DNA of 64,000 nucleotides from a virus (lineage: Duplodnaviria > Caudoviricetes). The stretch lies in the IMG/VR virus record IMGVR_UViG_3300005439_000018, positions 1 through 64,000 of that record, one strand, 5' to 3'. Position 1 is the stretch's first letter. Each line of letters begins with the position of its first letter. The position numbers and the translations under genes were made by a program. Below, piece after piece: positions 1 through 9,326 of this stretch. Under the pieces are notes generated by a model. It made no database searches and had not been told where the DNA came from. It worked only from the letters and a program-made list of their open reading frames with translations.

Positions 1-231
1 GAGCCGGGGCAGCCCCGGGTGCCGCTTCTTGAGCTGGATCCACGGGTACCGCCGGGCCAGCTTGTACGCGTACGCCAGGTCGTTGACCTGGTTGTCGTCG
101 GTGTTGAGGAACAGCCAGTACTCGTCGATCAGCCCGCGCTCGACATCGCGCCGGATGTACTCGACCAGGATGGACACGGTCTGTTCGCGTCCGTAAGGCG
201 TCCAAGCTACCACACGCTTGTTACCTATCAA
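1..231 (-). CDS. Glycosyltransferase-like protein (runs off the window edge)
   Basis: Hand translation: TTG start overlapping the HNH stop, MIGNKRVVAWTPYGREQTVSILVEYIRRDVERGLIDEYWLFLNTD; resembles GT-A N-termini and sits in a GT cluster; not in the ORF track. Confidence 0.6.
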   Translation of the reverse strand, partial: MIGNKRVVAWTPYGREQTVSILVEYIRRDVERGLIDEYWLFLNTDDNQVNDLAYAYKLARRYPWIQLKKRHPGLPRL

Positions 232-697
232 CCGCGTGCCTCTCTACGTAATCGGCCATCCCTCGCAGGCGGCTCGGGTCGTCTCGGTAATGCCCGAGTC
301 CTTGATTGCACCCGGGGCACAGGAGTCCTCTCACGCATTTCCCGCATGATGTACGACCGGGGCAGCACGACCGGTCGTGGTCTACGTGGGAGGACGCCAA
401 CGTGATCGGGTCTCGGCACCCTTGATTGGCGCATTCGTGCAACTGATCTTCCAGCATCTGGGACAGCTCGGCGTCCGTCTTTCCATACCGGGCCAGCCGG
501 TACGCCGCGCGTCTCTTCTCCTGGTTGTTGGCTATGTAGTTTTGATTGTACTCTGCTGTGCGTCTCTTGTTGTCAGGGTCGTCTCGGTACTCCTTGACAC
601 ACGACTTGCAGTATGGGTGCAGCCCGTCTTTGCGGCTTCTGCTGCGGCTGAACTCAGACTCGTCTTTGGGGTCCTTGCACCGGACGCATTCTTTCAC
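221..697 (-). CDS. Endonuclease VII-like HNH homing endonuclease
   Basis: N-terminal CxxC...CKSC zinc motifs and C-terminal HVDHD...CGKCVRGLLCPGCNQGLG...DD motif; lower GC than its neighbours. Confidence 0.85.
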   Translation of the reverse strand: MKECVRCKDPKDESEFSRSRSRKDGLHPYCKSCVKEYRDDPDNKRRTAEYNQNYIANNQEKRRAAYRLARYGKTDAELSQMLEDQLHECANQGCRDPITLASSHVDHDRSCCPGRTSCGKCVRGLLCPGCNQGLGHYRDDPSRLRGMADYVERHAVDR

Positions 698-720
698 TGG
701 ACGATTATACTACGTCCAGA

Positions 721-1737
721 TCATTTCTTGCCTCCGAACAGCAGCGGCGCCCACTTGTCGGCCGCGATCTTCTCGATGGTGTAGCGGCTGGCCTCCGCGC
801 GGGCGGCCTCGCCCATCCGGCGCCGGGTGGCCGGATGCCGTACCAGGTCCTCGACCGCCTCGGTCCAGCTGTCCCCCGGGCCGATCAGGTACCCGGTCAC
901 CCCGTCGATGACGAAGTCCCGGTAGGGGGTGGTGTTGCTGGCCACGATCGGGATTCCCAGGAACGCGGCCTCCAGCGCCTTGGTGGGGAACTTGGCCTGG
1001 TTGTACAGAGTGTCCCGGTACGGAGCCACCCAGACGTCGAAGTCGACCGTGTCCAGGTACTGCTCGCTGCCGTGGACCCAGCCGGTGATCCTGTATCCGG
1101 GCTGGGCCATCCCCAACTGCTTCATGACCGGGTACGGCACGCCGACCGTATGCACCACTCCCCCCATGTCCGGCACCCGGCTCAGTGCGCTCTTGACCCG
1201 GTCGCCCAGCTCCCACTGGGTGAACGAGGACCCAGCCCAGCCGACCACCGGCCGGTCGACGCCGAACCCCGACCGCTCCCACGGCCCGGGCCGGTCCAGG
1301 TAGCGCTTGGGCAGCCCGTTCGGCACCACCACCGTGTTGTTGCAGTACACTGAGAACAGCTCGGCGATGCGGGCGGTCGCGCACGCGGTGTACGAGCTGG
1401 AGAACGCGTTGGCCAGCAGCCGGGCCTGGATGCGGCTCTGCCCGTACTCGAACGCCGACTGGCCGAACTCCGGGTGCTCCGACAGGTGGAAGTAGTCGTC
1501 GTCGGCGTCGAACACCGTGGTCTTTGCCCCGGCGAAGTTCCACCCGGCCCACTGGGTGGTCGGGCCGGGGGTGCAGACCCGCTGGCCCAGGACCGCGTCG
1601 GCGTCGGCGTAGGACGGGTCGTACTCCACCCCCTGGCCCACGTCGTGCCCGAGACCGCGCAGGGCCTCCGCCACGATCCGGGTCCGGTACCAGCCGCAGC
1701 CGCCCTCATCGGCGGCCCACAGCCACGCCTTACCCAC
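721..1737 (-). CDS. Glycosyltransferase, GT4/GT-B family
   Basis: GCGWYR N-terminus, FDADD, KFPTKALEAAFLGIPIVAS...GVTGYL; GTG start overlapping the epimerase stop. Confidence 0.85.
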   Translation of the reverse strand: MGKAWLWAADEGGCGWYRTRIVAEALRGLGHDVGQGVEYDPSYADADAVLGQRVCTPGPTTQWAGWNFAGAKTTVFDADDDYFHLSEHPEFGQSAFEYGQSRIQARLLANAFSSSYTACATARIAELFSVYCNNTVVVPNGLPKRYLDRPGPWERSGFGVDRPVVGWAGSSFTQWELGDRVKSALSRVPDMGGVVHTVGVPYPVMKQLGMAQPGYRITGWVHGSEQYLDTVDFDVWVAPYRDTLYNQAKFPTKALEAAFLGIPIVASNTTPYRDFVIDGVTGYLIGPGDSWTEAVEDLVRHPATRRRMGEAARAEASRYTIEKIAADKWAPLLFGGKK

Positions 1738-2734
1738 GGGGGCGCGGGCTGACCATGCCCGGCGTCCACGCGTCGCCCAGCTCCTGCTGCGCCCGCCAGA
1801 CCGGCAGCCAGTTGTCCTCGAACCAGACGACCGTCTGGCTGACACCGGCCTCCAGGCTGAACAGGTCGGCCGGGTCCATGCCGATCAGATGCATGGTGTG
1901 GTTCCGGGCCGTGATCCGAGCGCCCGGGGTCTCGCCCGGCCGCATCGGCAGGTGGACCAGCTCCGGCTGCTCCTGCCCGGTCAGATTGTGGGTGACCGTC
2001 CGGACCAGGTCGGCCACCTCGTTGACCGTGCGGTGCTCGGTCGGCCCGATCTCGATCACTTCGTCGAACAGCTTGTTCTCGGCCGCGAACAGCAGCGCAT
2101 TGACCAGGCCCTTCGCCACGTCGCCGACGTAGACGCAGTCGGAGACCTGCTCGCCGTCGCCGTAGATCTCGATCGGGGCGCCGGTCAGCGCCCGCGCCAC
2201 GAAGGCAGGCATGATCTTGCGGACCTTGCCGGGGCCGTACGGGCTGGCCATCAGCTGGCGGGGGCCGTAGGCGTTCACCACCCGCACCTGGTTGATCCGG
2301 GTGCCCCGGTCGCGCCGGTACATGTGGCCCAGCGATTCGACGCAGGTCTTGCTGGCCGAGTACGGGTTCGACATGCCCGCGTTGCCGACGCAGATGTTGA
2401 CCACCGGGATACCGTACTGGGTGGCGGCCTCCATGACGTTCATGCCCGACTGCACGTTGGTCATCACGGCCGGGCGCGGGTTGTACACGGTCTCCTGCGT
2501 CCCGAGCACCGACGCCAGGTGGATGATGCCGTCCACGTGCGCGGCCAGCTCGGTGACCGCCACCTCGTCCCGCGTGTCGCCCAGCATCGACGGAAGGTAC
2601 TTCAGCGGGTCGCCGGGGAACGTGTGGTGCTTGGCCCGGTGGTCGAAGATCACGGGCTCGTGCCCGCGCCTGGCCAGCTCGTCCACCACGTGGCCGCCGA
2701 TGAATCCGGCACCGCCCGTCACTGCGATCTTCAA
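1730..2734 (-). CDS. NAD-dependent nucleotide-sugar epimerase/dehydratase
   Basis: TGGAGFIG Rossmann motif, YSASK catalytic motif, NAYGP, GDGEQ; TTG start with AGGAG RBS. Confidence 0.92.
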   Translation of the reverse strand: MKIAVTGGAGFIGGHVVDELARRGHEPVIFDHRAKHHTFPGDPLKYLPSMLGDTRDEVAVTELAAHVDGIIHLASVLGTQETVYNPRPAVMTNVQSGMNVMEAATQYGIPVVNICVGNAGMSNPYSASKTCVESLGHMYRRDRGTRINQVRVVNAYGPRQLMASPYGPGKVRKIMPAFVARALTGAPIEIYGDGEQVSDCVYVGDVAKGLVNALLFAAENKLFDEVIEIGPTEHRTVNEVADLVRTVTHNLTGQEQPELVHLPMRPGETPGARITARNHTMHLIGMDPADLFSLEAGVSQTVVWFEDNWLPVWRAQQELGDAWTPGMVSPRPRG

Positions 2735-2815
2735 TTGACTCTCCTGCCTTCGGGACTGTCGACCGGGCGAGCCTAGCATACGCAGTCTCACGTAATCCAA
2801 TGGTAGGATTCCGGC

Positions 2816-3097
2816 ATGTCCCGCATACACTTCGAAGACCCTCCGGAGCACGACCCGGGCAGGCGCTACGACAACCAGCAGAACCAGGACCGGGAGCAGA
2901 TCCTGCGCGCCCTGCGGGCCACGGCTCCCGGCCGCTGGGCCATCGTGTCCTACCACCGGTCCAGGGCCCGGTCCGCCCAGGTGGCCCGCGAGCTGCGGGG
3001 GCGCCACCCCGACTTCGAGTTCCGGTCGGGCCGGTCACCGCAGTGGGGGGAGGTGGTGTATGGCCGCCACATGGCGGCGAACGTTAAACTTGAGTGA
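2816..3097 (+). CDS. Hypothetical protein
   Basis: 93-aa ORF with coding-like GC3. Confidence 0.6.
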   Translation: MSRIHFEDPPEHDPGRRYDNQQNQDREQILRALRATAPGRWAIVSYHRSRARSAQVARELRGRHPDFEFRSGRSPQWGEVVYGRHMAANVKLE

Positions 3098-3169
3098 GTG
3101 GCCGTCGCGCCAGGACGACCGGCCCCCGTCGCGGGAGAGTCGTTTGTCCATAAACAGGGGGGATGACCG

Positions 3170-3493
3170 ATGGCGTCGCTAGTCTTCCAACAGGCGGGCC
3201 CCTGGGGTATCGTGGCCATAGTGGTGGGTGCCGTAGTCTTCGGTTACCTGGTGCCTCGCCCGGTACTCAAGGAGACCCGCAAGGTCGCCGAGATCTGGAG
3301 AGAGGCGTATGAGCACGAACGAGCAGGCCGCGTCGCTGCCGAGGCGCAGCGCGACAGGCTTCAGTTCGAGTACGCGGAGACAGCCAACCGCGTACTCGGT
3401 GCCCTCCCTGTCGCCGCCAGCCGAAGTATCGGGCCGGGCCGAACCCCCGACAGCGGAGGAGATCCCGATGTGGCTGTGGCCGCTAAGGGCTAG
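3170..3493 (+). CDS. Holin-like membrane protein
   Basis: N-terminal TM helix (GPWGIVAIVVGAVVFGYLVP) followed by W..AY coiled segment typical of actinophage lysis-region membrane proteins. Confidence 0.6.
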   Translation: MASLVFQQAGPWGIVAIVVGAVVFGYLVPRPVLKETRKVAEIWREAYEHERAGRVAAEAQRDRLQFEYAETANRVLGALPVAASRSIGPGRTPDSGGDPDVAVAAKG

Positions 3494-3674
3494 GAAGCGT
3501 ATCCGGGCCGAGCTGCAAGAGGCCGAGGCCGCCCGTACTGCGGCCCGCCAGCAGGCCGCCCAGACAAAGGACCGCGCACCCGCCGTGCGCCAGCTCACGC
3601 GTGAGCTCCAGCAGAAGCGGGAACTGCCCCTGGAGGCCCTGTTCCAGGCTGGCGTAAGGCATCGCCGCCCCTAG
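3468..3674 (+). CDS. Small lysis-region protein
   Basis: MWLWPLRARKR... coiled coil; overlaps the holin-like gene, a usual actinophage pairing. Confidence 0.55.
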   Translation: MWLWPLRARKRIRAELQEAEAARTAARQQAAQTKDRAPAVRQLTRELQQKRELPLEALFQAGVRHRRP

Positions 3675-3707
3675 CCACCGCGACAATCCCTGTGGTACCC
3701 TGGGGGT

Positions 3708-3995
3708 ATGGACAGCCCCATGGAACCCGTCAGCAACGCCCAATTCGGGCGCGCGGTCGGCGTGCATTTCACCACGGCATCCCGATACCGCAACGGGGAT
3801 CGGGTGCCGTCCACCGGTGTGGCTCTGAAGATCGCGGAGTCGTACAACCTCGACCCCGGAGACATCCTCCGGGCCATCTCGGCCGGACGCGAGGCGTTCG
3901 GCCACTTCATGCGCATGTACGTGTTCGGCCCGGAACCCGACGTGGACCTGAACGCGGACGGCACCGAGAAACGATCCTGGAAGAAGGCAGCGTGA
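3708..3995 (+). CDS. XRE-family HTH DNA-binding protein
   Basis: NAQFGRAVGVHFTTASRYRNGDRVPS HTH pattern. Confidence 0.8.
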   Translation: MDSPMEPVSNAQFGRAVGVHFTTASRYRNGDRVPSTGVALKIAESYNLDPGDILRAISAGREAFGHFMRMYVFGPEPDVDLNADGTEKRSWKKAA

Positions 3996-4273
3996 CCAAG
4001 ACCAACGGCGGCATATCCCCGGCCGCCGCAGCCGAGATCGCCCGCGCCATGCTCACCGATGCGGTCGGGCTCCTGCGGGAGTCCGGGTTCGCCAACATCC
4101 GGTTCGACCAGTGGGAGCACCCGACGACCAAGGTCATGGTCGAGACCGGGTACACCTACGGGGAGACCCGGCTGACCGTCCACGACGGCGGCGAGGTCAG
4201 CGACCTGCGGCTCACCGGCCGGAGCAGCCGGGAGTTCAACCGGTTCCGGCGGCTGGCGCTGGCGGGCATGTAG
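3992..4273 (+). CDS. Hypothetical protein
   Basis: GTGA overlap with the upstream gene, high GC3. Confidence 0.7.
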   Translation: MTKTNGGISPAAAAEIARAMLTDAVGLLRESGFANIRFDQWEHPTTKVMVETGYTYGETRLTVHDGGEVSDLRLTGRSSREFNRFRRLALAGM

Positions 4274-4338
4274 CGCACGCGGAGGGGGGTGGTGTGGGGT
4301 TTCGCCTGCACCACCCCCCTCCGCTTGTGTCGGGATAC

Positions 4339-4368
4339 TTGACAGCCGGACATCCCCCCGTGTAGGAT
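4339..4368 (+). promoter_or_regulatory. Sigma70/HrdB-type promoter with operator variant
   Basis: TTGACA-N18-TAGGAT; TTGAC-AGCCG-GACAT. Confidence 0.7.
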
Positions 4369-4408
4369 GGACCCGTCCGCACCGAACACCGAGCTGGAGG
4401 TTCCCGAG

Positions 4409-4936
4409 ATGCCCGCCCTGACCGCCCCGCACAAGACCCACACCGCCCCCGCCCTGGCCAGCGAGGCCGCCCGCGAGTTCGCCCTGAAGCTCATAGCCCA
4501 GCGCAGCACGGCCGGTATCAGCCCGCGCATGACCGGCTGGGTCGCCCTGATGGAGCACGGGTACAACATCCCGGCCCGCAACTGCTCGATGTTGATAGAC
4601 TCGCTGAAAAAGCAGCCCTACAAGCCGGGATCCGCCCCCAAGCCCCAGGTCGAGGAGGGCTTCTTCTGGCGGGAGGGCCAGTACTACCGGGCGCAGCTGA
4701 ACCGCGAGGGGACGCGGATGTACGCCAAGGTGTGGGACGGCTCCGGCTGGGGGTACGCGGCGGGCGCGCTGTCCAAGCTCACCGAGGACATGCGGCTGTC
4801 GGCCGAGGAGGCCAAGGCGTTCGGCGACCAGTTCCACCGGTGCATCTTCTGCGGCCAGGGGCTGACCGACGACCGGAGCATCACGGCCGGGTACGGCCCC
4901 ACCTGCGCCGACAGCCACGGGCTGCCCTGGGGGTAG
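4409..4936 (+). CDS. DUF6011-domain zinc-binding protein
   Basis: CIFCGQGLTDDRSITAGYGPTCA motif; GGAGG RBS. Confidence 0.8.
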   Translation: MPALTAPHKTHTAPALASEAAREFALKLIAQRSTAGISPRMTGWVALMEHGYNIPARNCSMLIDSLKKQPYKPGSAPKPQVEEGFFWREGQYYRAQLNREGTRMYAKVWDGSGWGYAAGALSKLTEDMRLSAEEAKAFGDQFHRCIFCGQGLTDDRSITAGYGPTCADSHGLPWG

Positions 4937-4991
4937 CCGCACAGACCGCCGGGTGCCGTCCTCCGCCCCTCGCTGGACGGCACCCGGCCCC

Positions 4992-5060
4992 GGGCCGCAC
5001 TGGTTGTGGCGGGGGCTTCCCCGATACCCCGCAAGGCAGGTTCGATCCCTGCCCGGCCCA
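4992..5060 (+). ncRNA. Degenerate tRNA-like element
   Basis: Acceptor GGGCCG/CGGCCC+A, canonical T-arm GCAGG-TTCGATC-CCTGC, 3-bp D-like arm, abnormal anticodon arm, no CCA. Confidence 0.5.
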
Positions 5061-5099
5061 CTCTGCACCACCCGCCCCGACTCACACGAAGGACCCGAA

Positions 5100-5849
5100 G
5101 TGACCGACGAGACCAGCACCACCCCCGCCCTGGACGCCGTGAAGTCGGTGGAGGCCGACATCACGCAGGTCCTGACCGATGCCGCCGTCCCGGCCCCCGA
5201 GCCGACTCCGGCGCCCACCCCGCCCGCCCGGTACGTCACCGTCTGGCCGCACACGCTGGGCGACTTCGAGAAGTTCCCCGACGCGGTGGCCACCGTCCTG
5301 CCCAACGGCACCCTGCTCATACACAAGTTCGGTGCCCCCGCCTCCCTGCCTCCCATCAAGGGCTACGCCCCCGGCTCCTGGATCACCTTCGAGCACGTGG
5401 GCGACTACTCGCCCCCGGCGCCCCCGCGCCCGGCCCTGGCCTCCCACCGGGGCGCCCCGGCCCCGGCGGCCAAGGTCGAGACCACGAATTACGCCGTCCA
5501 GGAGCGGGCCTCCGTCGACGTCGTGCGCAGCGCTTCTCCCGCCCCCACCGCCGCCCCCGGGACGCGTCTGCGGCAGCCCGACGAGCGGCCCCGGTTCTAC
5601 GACGGCCGGGACAAGGACGTCCCGCCGCCCGGCACGACCGCCCGGCCCCGCACCGCCCCGGTGCCCGAAGGGAGTGACGACGACGCCCCAAAAGCCTCTA
5701 CGGGCGGCACCACGCCGCCCATCGAGCACCTGGCCGAGCCCGCGTTCTGGGAGGACGACGAGCGGGCCGTTCGCCCGAGCTTCTGGCGCCGGGTGTGGGC
5801 CGGGCTGATCGACGGCCCGTTCCCCGACCCGTCGAAGACCGGGGAGTGA
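5100..5849 (+). CDS. Pro/Ala-rich hypothetical protein
   Basis: GTG start with GAAGGA RBS; coding-like GC3. Confidence 0.7.
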   Translation: MTDETSTTPALDAVKSVEADITQVLTDAAVPAPEPTPAPTPPARYVTVWPHTLGDFEKFPDAVATVLPNGTLLIHKFGAPASLPPIKGYAPGSWITFEHVGDYSPPAPPRPALASHRGAPAPAAKVETTNYAVQERASVDVVRSASPAPTAAPGTRLRQPDERPRFYDGRDKDVPPPGTTARPRTAPVPEGSDDDAPKASTGGTTPPIEHLAEPAFWEDDERAVRPSFWRRVWAGLIDGPFPDPSKTGE

Positions 5850-5971
5850 CCAGCCCCGCCTGGGTCAACAGCCTCATCGGGCTCCCGCCACAGGCCCGCA
5901 GCTTCACCACCCGCGCCGGAGACACCGAGGTCCGGGTCCGCACCGCCCAGCTTGTCATACCCGCCCGCTAG
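5846..5971 (+). CDS. Small hypothetical protein (41 aa)
   Basis: GTGA overlap; hand translation MTSPAWVNSLIGLPPQARSF... Confidence 0.5.
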   Translation: MTSPAWVNSLIGLPPQARSFTTRAGDTEVRVRTAQLVIPAR

Positions 5972-5983
5972 ACTGTCCGAAGG

Positions 5984-6706
5984 ATGCACACTGTGACCAA
6001 CACGATCGTCGAGACCCCCGGCCACCTGGCTGGCGACACCTTCAGCGAGGGGGGGAGGTGGTGCACGCCCTGCGAGTGCGGGCGGCGGTTCACGTCGGAC
6101 ACCGAGGCCAAGGCCCAGGCCCGCTGGCGCAGCCACGCCAAGCAGTCCTCCCCGCCGCAGACGGTGGGCGCCCCCGTCCCGGCCCGCGCCACGGAGTGCG
6201 GATGCGGGTGCGGCGAGCCGCTGGCGCCCAAGGCCGGGGGCCTGTTCCGTTCCGGGCATGACGCCCGGTACAAGGCGATCCTCACCCGGGCCCACGCCGC
6301 CCACGAGCAGGTCCGGCACCCCTGGACCGGCGAGCAGGCCGACCCGATGGCCGTGGCGGACTGGCTGGACGAGCGGCGGGGCGGCGGCACCTTCTGGCGT
6401 GACCGCGTCGCGGCCGGTCACAAGCCCCAGCCGGAGCGCAGGGTCCCGGCCCCGCGCGCCGGGTCGCCGGACGCCGCTGCGGCCAGCATCCTGCGGGTCG
6501 ACAGCCTGATGGCCGCGATGACGGCGCGCCGTCCGGTCCCGGGCGACGTCGGCAAGGTGGCCCTGAAGTCCGGGACCTTCGGCGCCCGCGTCCAGCGCCG
6601 GAACAACGAGACCAGCCTGGTGGTCCGGCTCCTGGAGGGCCAGGCCATCAACACCGAGATAGTGATATCGGACGACAAGTTCACCAAGGCCAAGGCTCCC
6701 CGGTGA
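5984..6706 (+). CDS. Zinc-binding hypothetical protein
   Basis: CECG..H and CGCGCG...FRSGHDARYK motifs; the GHDA motif recurs in 31959..32606. Confidence 0.7.
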   Translation: MHTVTNTIVETPGHLAGDTFSEGGRWCTPCECGRRFTSDTEAKAQARWRSHAKQSSPPQTVGAPVPARATECGCGCGEPLAPKAGGLFRSGHDARYKAILTRAHAAHEQVRHPWTGEQADPMAVADWLDERRGGGTFWRDRVAAGHKPQPERRVPAPRAGSPDAAAASILRVDSLMAAMTARRPVPGDVGKVALKSGTFGARVQRRNNETSLVVRLLEGQAINTEIVISDDKFTKAKAPR

Positions 6707-6999
6707 CCCGAGACATCACGCGCGAAGAGTGGGCCGCCATGGTGGCGGCCACCATCGCCGACCACCCCAACTGGATGGCCGCCACCATGGCGGCGGTCCA
6801 GTCGGGGGCGGCGGAGGCGATCGAGCGGCAGAAGGACCGGATCGCGGACCTGAGCCTGGGCCTGCTCGAGGCCCTGAAGGACCGGCGCAGCCCGCGCCGG
6901 GACAGCGCCCGTGTCGTGCGGGCGATCCAGGTGTCCCAGTTCTACCCGACCCAGTGGTCGGCCCGCCAGATCGCCCGAGAGGAACGAAAGCAGAGTTGA
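6703..6999 (+). CDS. Hypothetical protein
   Basis: Coupled by overlaps on both sides. Confidence 0.65.
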   Translation: MTRDITREEWAAMVAATIADHPNWMAATMAAVQSGAAEAIERQKDRIADLSLGLLEALKDRRSPRRDSARVVRAIQVSQFYPTQWSARQIAREERKQS

Positions 7000-7862
7000 C
7001 CAGTAAGATAACGATCTCTTGGTCGGAGATCGACACGTACAGGCAGTGCCCCCACAAGCACGACCTGACGTACAAGGAACGGTGGGTGGGGCCGACCACC
7101 TCGCCCACCCTCCAGAAGGGGACCCTGTGGCACAAGGTGCTGGAGGGCCACTACCGCTCCCTCATGGAGCAGCCGGGCAACCTGATCGCCGCCCAGAATG
7201 CGGCCCGCGCCTGGTGGCTCGAGTGGGCCCGGGGCATCGACGAGGAGCTGGCCGAACTCGTCTGGTGGATGTATGAGGGCTACGTCGACATGTGGGGTGC
7301 CGATGACGACTGGGACATAAGGGGCGTCGAGCAGAAGCTGGAGGTCCCGCTGCTGACCGCGCACGGCCAGCGGTCCCGGTTCAACCTCAAGATGCAGGTC
7401 GACCTGGTGGTACGCGTCCGGTCGATGGGCAACAAGCTGTTCATAGTCGACCACAAGTCCGGGGCCGAGCTGCCCAAGCGAAAGAACCTGGATATGGCCG
7501 ACCAGTTCAGCTTCTACCTGTGGGGCATGCGCCAGCTCGGGTATCCGGTGTTCGGCGCCATGTGGAACGCCGCCCGGGCCAAGCGCCTGAAGACCGTGGT
7601 CACCCCCCTGCCCGACCGGTTCGCCCGCCCCATGCTGTCGCGGACCGACCACGAGCTCACCACGGTGGCCACCGAGGCATACGCCACCGCCCGCAAGGCA
7701 TACGCCGCCGGTGCGATCGCCGAGCGCCACCCGGACGCCGATACCTGTTCCTGGAAGTGCGGCTTCCTGGAGGCGTGCCTGCTCGGCCGCAAGACCGACG
7801 GGGTCCGGGAGCGCCAGTTCCTGCTCGACTCCGGATTCATCACCGACGGCACCCGCCACTAG
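6996..7862 (+). CDS. Cas4/RecB-like PD-(D/E)XK exonuclease
   Basis: SWSEIDTYRQCP, KGTLWH, VDL...IVDHKS, Q..FY, C..KCGFLEAC. Confidence 0.88.
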   Translation: MTSKITISWSEIDTYRQCPHKHDLTYKERWVGPTTSPTLQKGTLWHKVLEGHYRSLMEQPGNLIAAQNAARAWWLEWARGIDEELAELVWWMYEGYVDMWGADDDWDIRGVEQKLEVPLLTAHGQRSRFNLKMQVDLVVRVRSMGNKLFIVDHKSGAELPKRKNLDMADQFSFYLWGMRQLGYPVFGAMWNAARAKRLKTVVTPLPDRFARPMLSRTDHELTTVATEAYATARKAYAAGAIAERHPDADTCSWKCGFLEACLLGRKTDGVRERQFLLDSGFITDGTRH

Positions 7863-7871
7863 GAGGCAGCC

Positions 7872-8045
7872 ATGGCCAGGCACCCGCACTCGATCGGGGG
7901 AGGGGTGGTGTACGTGCTGTTCGCGGGGCCCGTCCTGTTCGCCTACTGGGTGTGGGTGCTGGCCTGGCGCCTGGAGCGGCGCGCCACGCGGACCGGCATG
8001 CACTACCTGCACAAGGCGTATCTCTGGCTTGAGCGCCGCAAGTAG
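7872..8045 (+). CDS. Small membrane protein
   Basis: AGGAGG RBS; hydrophobic VVYVLFAGPVLFAYWVWVLAW. Confidence 0.6.
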   Translation: MARHPHSIGGGVVYVLFAGPVLFAYWVWVLAWRLERRATRTGMHYLHKAYLWLERRK

Positions 8046-8362
8046 GTGGACAGACCACCCCCCGGCATGGCAGACTGATCCGGTCGTACCAACGGCGATC
8101 TCGGACCGGTTCGGTCTGCGGATTGGTCTTCTTCGGGATGGCCGGGGTGGTGGCAGAGGGTCTCCCGTATTGACAGAGGCGGGCGGCACCTGGCACAGGC
8201 GCGTACACGATCGGACGGGGCGTGGGTCGAGCAGTTGCTGCTGCTCCCTCGCCCCAGCCGCGCACCTTCCGCGTCGCTAAGCTGGCTGGATTCCAGCTGC
8301 CACCCCGGCAACACACGCAGACAGAATCCAGAGAGACAGCCAGAAGCCAGAGAGAGACCACA

Positions 8363-9256
8363 TTGAGCATAGCCAACCGGTACGCCGCGTCCCTGGACGA
8401 GGCGGCCGAGTACCTGAACGTGCTTTACTACGGCGAGCCCGGGTGCGGAAAGACCACCGCCGCCGCTGGCCTGGCCCGGCTGGGCACCGTCTACCTGGTG
8501 GACGTGGAATCCGGCGCCAAGCCCTCCGCCCTGCGCAAGAGGGGTATTCCCACCAGCCACATCCGGCCGGTCCCCGTCGAGACGTACAAGGACCTCGACG
8601 ACTTCTACTGGTACCTGAAGCAGGAGATCGAGGACACCGAGCCCGGCACGGTCGCCGGTGTCGTGTTCGACTCCATCTCGGAGATCCACGACCAGCTGAT
8701 CCGGGGCCAGGTCGACAAGCGCCACGACAAGGCCGTGCGCAAGGCGTCCAACCCCCGCACCGGCGAGCTGCTCACCGAAGTCGAGGACAACGAGTTCCTG
8801 GTGGAGCTCGGCGACCGGGGCATCGTCACCGAGCAGCTGCGCATCATCGCCCGGCGGTTCCGCGACCTGAAGTGCCACACGGTATTCGTGGCGCTGGCCA
8901 AGCGCGAGGTCGAGTCCGAGGGCCAGGTCTACCTGCCCCAGCTTCCGCCCAAGTTCGGCGGCAACCTGCGAGGATTCGTCGACCAGGTGTGCTTCCTGGT
9001 CAAGGCCGACGGCGCCGAGGACGACAGCGGGTACCTGGGCGTCTTCCGGGACACCGGCCGCTACAAGGGCAAGGACCGCCTGGACGCGACCCCGCCCGTC
9101 ATGGCCAACCCGTCCATGGACCGCCTCATCAGCCTGACGTTCGGAGACCTCGACCTGTCCCGGGACGAAGCCCAGAACGGCTACCTGTCGCGCGTCCTGT
9201 CGCGGCGCCCGGCCGAGGACGGCCAGGACTCCGAAGCTTCGGGTTCGGGCGAATAG
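8363..9256 (+). CDS. AAA/RecA-like ATPase (Sak4-like recombinase)
   Basis: Walker A YGEPGCGKTT, YLVDVESG, VVFDSISE; lies between exonuclease and SSB. Confidence 0.85.
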   Translation: MSIANRYAASLDEAAEYLNVLYYGEPGCGKTTAAAGLARLGTVYLVDVESGAKPSALRKRGIPTSHIRPVPVETYKDLDDFYWYLKQEIEDTEPGTVAGVVFDSISEIHDQLIRGQVDKRHDKAVRKASNPRTGELLTEVEDNEFLVELGDRGIVTEQLRIIARRFRDLKCHTVFVALAKREVESEGQVYLPQLPPKFGGNLRGFVDQVCFLVKADGAEDDSGYLGVFRDTGRYKGKDRLDATPPVMANPSMDRLISLTFGDLDLSRDEAQNGYLSRVLSRRPAEDGQDSEASGSGE

Positions 9257-9258
9257 GC

Positions 9259-9288
9259 TTGCCCGGGGGTCAACCCCCACAGTAGAGT
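9259..9288 (+). promoter_or_regulatory. Promoter with palindromic operator
   Basis: TTGCCC-N18-TAGAGT; TTGCC-CGGGG-GTCAA. Confidence 0.65.
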
Positions 9289-9326
9289 CGTCCCAGACGA
9301 GATCACAACACAGCACGCAGAAAGCG

